From assembly GCA_018992685.1 (NCBI GenBank), contig JACVGT010000007.1, positions 32,001-96,000 of the forward strand: 64,000 nucleotides of DNA, in the 5' to 3' direction. The notes beneath the pieces were generated by a model, which saw only the letters and a list, made by a program, of their open reading frames with translations, was not told the origin of the DNA and made no database searches. Position numbers and translations under genes: made by a program. The stretch is from Theionarchaea archaeon. GTDB taxonomy: Archaea; Methanobacteriota_B; Thermococci; Methanofastidiosales; SZ-28-30. Shown piece after piece: positions 57,509 through 64,000 of the stretch. Positions within the stretch are counted from its first letter, which is position 1; each line of letters starts with the position of its first letter.

Positions 57509-58837
57509 ATGGAACGAACGGATTTTACAGAAATGGATATTTCACAAGCCATTCGCCACATTGCACTCCCCTCCATTCTGGGAATGTTCTTTGGCACTTT
57601 ATATAATATCGTAGACATTTTTTGGGTAGGAAGACTGGGATATCAGCAAATTGCGGCGGTCGCCCTCTTCGGTATATTTTTTGAATTTGTCATTGTTTTC
57701 AATGAAGTGGTTGGCGTAGGAAGTGTTGCCTTAATTGCACGACATTATGGTGCACGGAATTTTCAACGGGTCAATGAAGTGGTGAAACAAACTCTTTTTC
57801 TCAAGTTGATGATTGCGGCAATCTTCTGCGTCACCGGCGTAGTACTGGTAGAACCCATCATCGTTGCTCTGGGAGGGTCTGGAGATGTTATTGAGTATGG
57901 AGTGGCCTATGGAAGGGTTATGTCTGTGGGGTTCTTGTTCATGTTATCTGGATTCACGCTGTTCACTGCCATGCGGGGAGTGGGAGATGCCAGGACGCCC
58001 ATGAAGATCATGATCGTCTCGAATTTGATGAACATGGTCCTGGACCCTGTTTTCATTTTCGGACTTAACCTTGGCGTGACAGGAGCTGCTGCAGCGTCTG
58101 TTGTTTCCCAACTGGTTAGTTTTGCCATAGGTCTGTCCGTCATCACAGCAGGAAATCACGTGGTCACTATTGACACCAAGCTAGAATTCGATTTCAAGAC
58201 CATGAAGACCATTCTCACTGTCGGACTTCCCTCTGGAGCAGAAGCTCTGATGCGAAATATTTCAAGCATGGTTGCCATTCGGATTATTTCTGCTTTTGGA
58301 ATGGCAGTTCTTGCAGGGATGGAGATCATGCTACGGCTAATGGGGCTGGTGTGGATGCCTCTCATGGGATTGAACCTGGCCTGTGGGACTCTTGTGGGTC
58401 ATAACCTGGGAGCGAAAAAACCTGACCAGGCTGAAAAAACAGCGTTGAAAGCAGGATACATGGGTGCAGCGATTATGGTTGGCATTGCCGTGCTCTTTCT
58501 TGTGTTCAGCACACAATTGGTCACACTCTTTAATCGGACAGAGAGTGTGGTCCAGGCAGGAACTTCTGCCTTCAGGATTGTCTCTCCCTTCTTGATTTTT
58601 CTAGGGTTTTCCATGCCATTGAGTGGTGCTTTCTACGGATCAGGAGATACAAAGCCCCCCATGATCATTACCTTTCTGACTTTTCTCTTGTTCCAGATTC
58701 CCATGATGGTTTTCATGTCTAGAGTGCTGGGATTCGCAGGCGTTTTCTGGGCCTATGGACTGAGCATGCTGGGGATGTGTGTACTGATGGTGACCTGGTT
58801 CTTCAGAGGAAAATGGAAAGAACGGAAGTTAGAATAG
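57509..58837 (+). CDS. MATE family efflux transporter
   Basis: LYNIVD, RGVGDARTP, NMVLDP, GHNLGA. Confidence 0.93.
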   Translation: MERTDFTEMDISQAIRHIALPSILGMFFGTLYNIVDIFWVGRLGYQQIAAVALFGIFFEFVIVFNEVVGVGSVALIARHYGARNFQRVNEVVKQTLFLKLMIAAIFCVTGVVLVEPIIVALGGSGDVIEYGVAYGRVMSVGFLFMLSGFTLFTAMRGVGDARTPMKIMIVSNLMNMVLDPVFIFGLNLGVTGAAAASVVSQLVSFAIGLSVITAGNHVVTIDTKLEFDFKTMKTILTVGLPSGAEALMRNISSMVAIRIISAFGMAVLAGMEIMLRLMGLVWMPLMGLNLACGTLVGHNLGAKKPDQAEKTALKAGYMGAAIMVGIAVLFLVFSTQLVTLFNRTESVVQAGTSAFRIVSPFLIFLGFSMPLSGAFYGSGDTKPPMIITFLTFLLFQIPMMVFMSRVLGFAGVFWAYGLSMLGMCVLMVTWFFRGKWKERKLE

Positions 58838-58932
58838 CACCTCCCACCGTCAGATGAACCCCATGGTTCCTATTGATATAGTAAAACCTTTATAAATGTG
58901 CGACAGAACTGGCTCCTACAATAGGTGATAGA

Positions 58933-59934
58933 ATGAAAAAATCAGTGTTGGCTCTTGTTGCACTCTCCTTGGTACTGTTCCTCCCCAGTGTGGGTGCAGT
59001 GGAAACTGTCACCGGAGATCAGGTAGTCATCGATACTCCCATCAATGATGATCTTCTTGTTACTGGGGGTACCATCAGCATAAATGCACGCATTGATGGC
59101 GACGTCATTGCTGCAGGTGGGATCATTGACATCAATGCTCCCATTACTGGTGACTTAATTGCTGTTGGGGGACAGATACAAGTTAAGAGCGACATTGGAG
59201 GTAAAATAATCGCTGCAGGTGGCACGATTTCCGTCAGAGGTGCAGTGGAGACAGTGATAGCTGCAGGCGGAGCCATTGAGTTTACATCTTCAGCAGTTGT
59301 CGAGAACTATGTCATTGCAGCAGCCGGTTCTTTGAGTAATGCAGGTGAAATCGGCGACGATCTACTGGGATCGACTGAGACATTCGAGAACACGGGCATG
59401 GTGAAAGGGAAAGTAGAGGTGGAGAAACCTCCCACTCCTGAAGCGGAAATGAAGACCGTATTCAGTTTTTTGACCGTTTTGTCAAGAATTGGATACTTCC
59501 TTCTGGGGTTAGTGTTCATCAAATGGTTTGGTGCACTATTTGGTACCATCCAGAAGGAGGTCAAAGAATCCTGGCCGAAGAAGCTGGTTGTGGGATTCAT
59601 TTCGATCCTGGTCACCTTCGTCCTGTTGCTCATACTCCTGGTCTCCGTGGTCGGTATTCCTGTTGCTACTATTTTGACCATGTTCTTTGTCATGGCAATG
59701 ATGGTAGCAGGAATCATTGTGTCATATGCCTTCGGTGAATGGCTGCTGAAGCTGATCAAGGTGGAACCTCACTGGATCATTACCTTTGGTCTCGGCTTCA
59801 TTCTGGTTAACCTGTTCTTTTTGATCCCAATAGCAGGCTTTTTCATCCGGATCATTGTGGTTAGCCTGGGATTTGGAGCCATAATCTATACAGTGAAAAA
59901 CAACTGGGGAACAATATCGGCCCCCGCTCCATAA
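58933..59934 (+). CDS. Membrane protein with bactofilin-like beta-helix repeats
   Basis: Signal peptide, about 15-aa (V/I)IAAGG repeats, C-terminal multi-TM domain. Confidence 0.8.
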   Translation: MKKSVLALVALSLVLFLPSVGAVETVTGDQVVIDTPINDDLLVTGGTISINARIDGDVIAAGGIIDINAPITGDLIAVGGQIQVKSDIGGKIIAAGGTISVRGAVETVIAAGGAIEFTSSAVVENYVIAAAGSLSNAGEIGDDLLGSTETFENTGMVKGKVEVEKPPTPEAEMKTVFSFLTVLSRIGYFLLGLVFIKWFGALFGTIQKEVKESWPKKLVVGFISILVTFVLLLILLVSVVGIPVATILTMFFVMAMMVAGIIVSYAFGEWLLKLIKVEPHWIITFGLGFILVNLFFLIPIAGFFIRIIVVSLGFGAIIYTVKNNWGTISAPAP

Positions 59935-60072
59935 ATTCTCTTCTTTCTTCTTTTTTCTAATTTTTGAGCTGGAATCGATGGTTCCAAGTGGAAGCCAGAT
60001 GTGAATAGCTCGTGCGCAGAGGTTCGGAATTCCTGACACAACGTTTTTAACCGGTGTCTCCAGGTGTGGATC

Positions 60073-60915
60073 GTGAAAACCAGTGATCTGGGATTGTTGG
60101 TTGTTGCTTTCGTATGGGGACTAACCTTCGTCATGGTCAAAGAATCACTCCTGTTTATATCACCTTTCAAGTTTCTGTTTTACAGGTTCTTTCTGAGTTT
60201 TCTATTTCTTGCAGGGCTATCTGGGAAACGGCTGCTCCGCCTGAACGGCTCAGTCCTGGGGCATGGAGCAGTCATTGGAGTGTTTCTTTTTCTGGGGTAT
60301 GGGTTACAGACAGTAGGACTGCAGTATACGACTCCTGCAAACACAGGATTCATCACGGGGCTCTCAGTGGTCATTGTACCTTTTCTGGCGGTGGCGCTCT
60401 TGAAGAAACCGCCTGGAAAGGGTGCTTTTTGGGGGGTGGGATGTGCAGGTCTAGGACTTTTTCTATTGTCAGTGGAGGAAATGGAAGTGAACCAGGGAGA
60501 TCTTCTGGTACTTCTGGGTGCCTTCGCTTTTGCCATGCACCTGATCCTGGTGGGAAAATATGTCCAGAATCATGACCCCGTCCTGCTGACAACGGTACAA
60601 ATAGGCATGGTAGCTCTGCTCTCATTAACAGCAAGCTCAGGACAACAGTGGTCTGTAAACAGAACTGTAGTGGAGGCCCTTCTTGTTACTTCTGTTTTTG
60701 CGACTGTTATGGCTTTCTTAATACAGAACCTGGCACAGAGACACACGCCTCCCACCCGTACAGCAGTCATATTTGCCACAGAACCTGTATTCGCCGCTCT
60801 GTGTTCATATGTATTGACTGGGGAGCTCTTCACCGTCCGAAAAGTGGTGGGATGCCTCCTGATCCTCACCGGCATGCTGATAGCAGAAATAAAGGGTGAG
60901 AGGATGAACACCTAG
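60073..60915 (+). CDS. EamA/DMT family transporter
   Basis: VWGLTF, LQTVGL, GFITGL, EPVFA. Confidence 0.9.
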   Translation: MKTSDLGLLVVAFVWGLTFVMVKESLLFISPFKFLFYRFFLSFLFLAGLSGKRLLRLNGSVLGHGAVIGVFLFLGYGLQTVGLQYTTPANTGFITGLSVVIVPFLAVALLKKPPGKGAFWGVGCAGLGLFLLSVEEMEVNQGDLLVLLGAFAFAMHLILVGKYVQNHDPVLLTTVQIGMVALLSLTASSGQQWSVNRTVVEALLVTSVFATVMAFLIQNLAQRHTPPTRTAVIFATEPVFAALCSYVLTGELFTVRKVVGCLLILTGMLIAEIKGERMNT

Positions 60916-61694
60916 ACCCTATCATACTGTGCATTAATGTTCTTACAGATCCGTTCTTCATTCCCCATGTGAGGAAGATCTAACAAGGAGGGGTTCTGAA
61001 TCAGGGTTTCCTTGCTGTATTTCTTCTTGAGGTCTTTCAGAGTATCCAGAAAGGTTTCCAGATAGGTTATGTGACGCACGATTTCTTTCAAATCGCACAG
61101 TTCGCCATGCCCAGGAATGATGAACTTGATTTCTAGGGTAAGCAGAGATTGGAGAGCTGCTATCCACTGAGGTAGATCAGCGTCCCCCATGTAGGGGTGG
61201 TATCCTGCGAAGAGCAGGTCACCGCTGAACAGCACCTGTTCTTCAGGTATGTATACAACTGCACTTCCCAGGGTGTGTCCTCCTTTATGGGCGACTATAG
61301 TGTCTGGTTCTGCATGGATCGTGATTCGTCCCCTGAACGTAAGAGTTGGTAGCCGGAACTGAACCTGCTGAAGTCGCTTCTCATTTTGAGGTTCTTTCTT
61401 CACATCTTCCATGTAGAGAGGAATCATCTCTTTGAGTTTTTCGTAGCAGAAGGCATGTCCAATAATATCTGAAAAGTACATGTTGCCAAACGTGTGGTCG
61501 GGATGAAAGTGGGTATTAATGAGAAATTTTATGGCCTTATCAGTGGTTTCTTGAATGCGTGTGATATCCTCTCTGGTCTCATCAGGGAAGGCGGCCGTAT
61601 CCACCACAAGGCAATATTCATCACCCAGTATCCATCCGTTATTAGAGTTCCCGTGTTCACCAATTCTACAGTATACCCGATCAGTGACTTTCAT
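60912..61694 (-). CDS. MBL-fold metallo-hydrolase
   Basis: NTHFHPDHTFGN, GHT, LFSGD, PGHG. Confidence 0.9.
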   Translation of the reverse strand: MKVTDRVYCRIGEHGNSNNGWILGDEYCLVVDTAAFPDETREDITRIQETTDKAIKFLINTHFHPDHTFGNMYFSDIIGHAFCYEKLKEMIPLYMEDVKKEPQNEKRLQQVQFRLPTLTFRGRITIHAEPDTIVAHKGGHTLGSAVVYIPEEQVLFSGDLLFAGYHPYMGDADLPQWIAALQSLLTLEIKFIIPGHGELCDLKEIVRHITYLETFLDTLKDLKKKYSKETLIQNPSLLDLPHMGNEERICKNINAQYDRV

Positions 61695-61792
61695 GAAGAT
61701 AGGTTCTCTGCAGGGGTTAAAAGGATGCTGGCATGGACAGGGAGAAGAATACTGCAAAAAATAAAAGAACCTAGGGCACGCCAGTGGGTACC

Positions 61793-62320
61793 TCAGCTGG
61801 GCGGGAACCGGTACATTGCCATCCAGAGTTCACCGGGGGTCTTATCTATCAGGTATGAGCTTTCCACAACCTGGGCTTCGTAACTCTCTTTTTCTGTTCT
61901 TACGATGTCATAGTGTGTTTTTTCCATAGAGGCAAGATACTTCCACAGTTTCTGGTTTTCTTTATCCCTGGTGGACAGGTAGGTATAGACTCTATAGGCA
62001 TTGTCTTCATTGTGCATGGCTGTCTCAAGAGCGTGGATCAAACTGTTGACGGTGGTGACCTTGGCAGAACTCTCCAAGGGTGGAAGCTCCTTAGGGACCG
62101 TGTATGATTTATCTCCAAATTTCGTCTTGAATACCTCGCGAACAGTTTTTTCGTGTTTCTCTTCCTCTCTAGCCAAGTTCTCCAGTCTGATGGCAGCGAG
62201 CCCAGGTGCGTTCTTGGCAAGATCCAGATAGAACGCTCTGGCTGCTTTTTCGGATTCAATGACATACCCCAGAATATCTTTCAAGTCCAGTTTAGCAAGT
62301 AGGTCAAAAATTTCCATCAT
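61793..62320 (-). CDS. Ferritin-like/rubrerythrin family protein
   Basis: Di-iron pattern E...FY...EEKH and E...Y...EKTH. Confidence 0.85.
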   Translation of the reverse strand: MMEIFDLLAKLDLKDILGYVIESEKAARAFYLDLAKNAPGLAAIRLENLAREEEKHEKTVREVFKTKFGDKSYTVPKELPPLESSAKVTTVNSLIHALETAMHNEDNAYRVYTYLSTRDKENQKLWKYLASMEKTHYDIVRTEKESYEAQVVESSYLIDKTPGELWMAMYRFPPS

Positions 62321-62530
62321 AGTCCTATAAACGTCCCGTAATATTTAAAGATAACTGCTCCTGGATACGCTTGGTGTTTCATCATGACATCGGGAGTGTT
62401 TCTCGAAAAAACACCGCCAATTCTTCACATCCTCGGGCTGGACAGTACGTCTTTCATCTATCAATTCCTAGACCTTTACCGAAACCATTTTAAAGACAAT
62501 AAAGTAGGCCATTGCAGGAGGTGCTGCAAA

Positions 62531-63109
62531 GTGATCGAAATCAGATTTCACGGTCGAGGTGGCCAGGGAGCTGTGATAGCTTCTGAAATTCTTGCCGACG
62601 CCGCGTTTCGTGATGGAAAATACGTACAAGCCTTTCCTATGTTCGGTGTGGAGCGCAGAGGCGCCCCAGTTACTGCTTTCACCCGGATTGATAATAAACC
62701 AATACGGATAAAGTTCTTCATCTACAACCCTGACTACGTGGTGGTTCTTGACCCCACGCTGGTAGGACAGGTGGACGTGGCTGCAGGATGTGGGATGTCC
62801 TCCTCCTACAAAGAACAAGAAGAGGGCAAAGCCATGATCCTCATTAATACATCCATGGATCCCAAAGATGTGGGGTTGAAAGGAATGTTTTCCGTAGCTA
62901 CCGTGGATGCTACATCAATCGCTGTTAAATACAAATTGGGATCAAGGCAGGCTCCCATTGTCAATACGGCAATACTGGGAGCATTTGCCAAGGCCACCGG
63001 AGAGATTAGCCTGGATTTATTGCTAAAAGCTATTGGAGAGGGTGTTCCAGCAAAACAAGAAGAGAATGCCCAAGCAGCCAAAGAAGCGTATGAGATGGTG
63101 GTACTATGA
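62531..63109 (+). CDS. Pyruvate/ketoisovalerate:ferredoxin oxidoreductase gamma subunit
   Basis: [29 protein letters not shown]. Confidence 0.93.
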
Positions 63110-63387
63110 GTGAAGCCAAATTTAGAGGGGCACATGATCTACCCCCATGTTCCATTTCTGTCACGCATGAATTGACAAAGACAGGAAACTGGAGAAATTC
63201 AAAGCCTGTGTTCCACAAGGAGAAATGTATCCAGTGCGGTATCTGCTGGAAAGTGTGTCCAAATGCCTGCATTAAGTTGGGTGAATATCCTGAATGGGAC
63301 ATGGACTACTGCAAGGGCTGTGCTGTTTGTGCAGAGGAATGCCCGAAGGACGCCATTGAGATGGAAGATGAACGGGTGATGGTATGA
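63106..63387 (+). CDS. Pyruvate/ketoisovalerate:ferredoxin oxidoreductase delta subunit
   Basis: [29 protein letters not shown]. Confidence 0.93.
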   Translation: MSEAKFRGAHDLPPCSISVTHELTKTGNWRNSKPVFHKEKCIQCGICWKVCPNACIKLGEYPEWDMDYCKGCAVCAEECPKDAIEMEDERVMV

Positions 63388-64000
63388 GTACCGTCAAGGT
63401 CATAACTGGAAATCATGCAGCCTCTTTCGGGGCCAGAGATTCCCGGGCAGAGGTCATTGCTGCCTATCCCATAACTCCACAGACACAGATCGTGGAACTC
63501 CTCAGTGAATTCTGTGCTGATGGGACCTTGAAGGCCAAGTTCATCAAGGTGGAGTCAGAACATTCTGCTATGGCAGCCTGTATTGGAGCCTCAGCTGCAG
63601 GGGTCAGGGCATATACTGCAACATCTGCCCACGGCCTTGCGCTCATGCATGAGATGCTGCACTGGGCAGCCAATGGAAGACATCCTGTCGTAATGGCCAA
63701 TGTCAACCGTGCCATGGGCCCCCCCTGGAGTATCTGGACTGACCAGAATGATTCACTCGCTCAGAGAGACACGGGATGGCTGCAATTCTACTGCGAGAGC
63801 AACCAGGAAGTGTATGATACCACCATGATTGCTTTCAAGGCATGCGAGCAGGTCCTCCTTCCTGGCATGCTGGTATTAGATGCCTTTATTCTGTCCCACA
63901 CGTATGAACCGGTGGAAATGCCGGATCAGGAGCTCATTGATGAGTTTCTTCCTCCCTTTGATCCACCATACAAGATGGACCTGGATGATGCACGGGCCTT
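63384..64000 (+). CDS. Pyruvate/ketoisovalerate:ferredoxin oxidoreductase alpha subunit (partial)
   Basis: Read manually: [14 protein letters not shown]...AYPITPQT...ESEHSA; runs off the window. Confidence 0.92.
   Translation, partial: MSTVKVITGNHAASFGARDSRAEVIAAYPITPQTQIVELLSEFCADGTLKAKFIKVESEHSAMAACIGASAAGVRAYTATSAHGLALMHEMLHWAANGRHPVVMANVNRAMGPPWSIWTDQNDSLAQRDTGWLQFYCESNQEVYDTTMIAFKACEQVLLPGMLVLDAFILSHTYEPVEMPDQELIDEFLPPFDPPYKMDLDDARA

Noticed and set aside
59020-59330. Periodic GCTGCAGG-like nucleotide repeats
   Set aside because: Explained by the IAAGG protein repeats of the bactofilin-like CDS; not a CRISPR array
1-64000. Numerous antisense or nested ORFs in the ORF track; tRNA, rRNA and CRISPR candidates
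   Set aside because: Shadow ORFs overlap well-supported genes and lack motifs; no tRNA cloverleaf, rRNA or repeat-spacer array was seen by eye, though tRNAscan/Infernal were not run

Overview
Archaeal chromosomal segment with TTTATA-type TATA boxes and GGAGGTGA-type RBSs. It carries the conserved rps19e-PDCD5-rpl39e-rpl31e-eIF6-rpl18a-pfdA-ftsY superoperon, Lsm, archease, FEN1 and EndoQ. Gene content is compatible with an anaerobic heterotrophic euryarchaeon; Theionarchaea-like is an inference only. Housekeeping content includes many DNA repair genes (Fpg/Nei, AlkD, EndoIV, and a SplB-like rSAM/FEN1/ligase/EndoQ/dUTPase run), deoxyribose catabolism (deoC plus a phosphomutase), a BMP-type nucleoside ABC transporter, 2-oxoacid:ferredoxin oxidoreductases and several transporters. 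The top finding is a candidate archaeal RiPP gene cluster on the minus strand (20535-25250). An unannotated 35-aa precursor (MNMTILIEAEEQIMEPL-CITEGTGSWCCRICHPYV, 25215-25108) has its own TATA box and a hairpin/U-tract, and is followed by two paralogous radical SAM/SPASM maturases and a B12-dependent radical SAM enzyme. The cluster splits the nucleoside ABC operon. Other notable items are a 16-aa Lys-rich micro-ORF with a full expression cassette, an RHH-led accessory island with a frameshifted gene, an actinobacterial-type SAM methyltransferase paired with a globin-like hybrid kinase, an atypical peptide deformylase, and a subtilase with a CLGT-type C-terminal sorting signal. No tRNA, rRNA, CRISPR array or transposase was recognised. 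Start codons were adjusted by eye, and all function calls rest on motif recognition without database searches.
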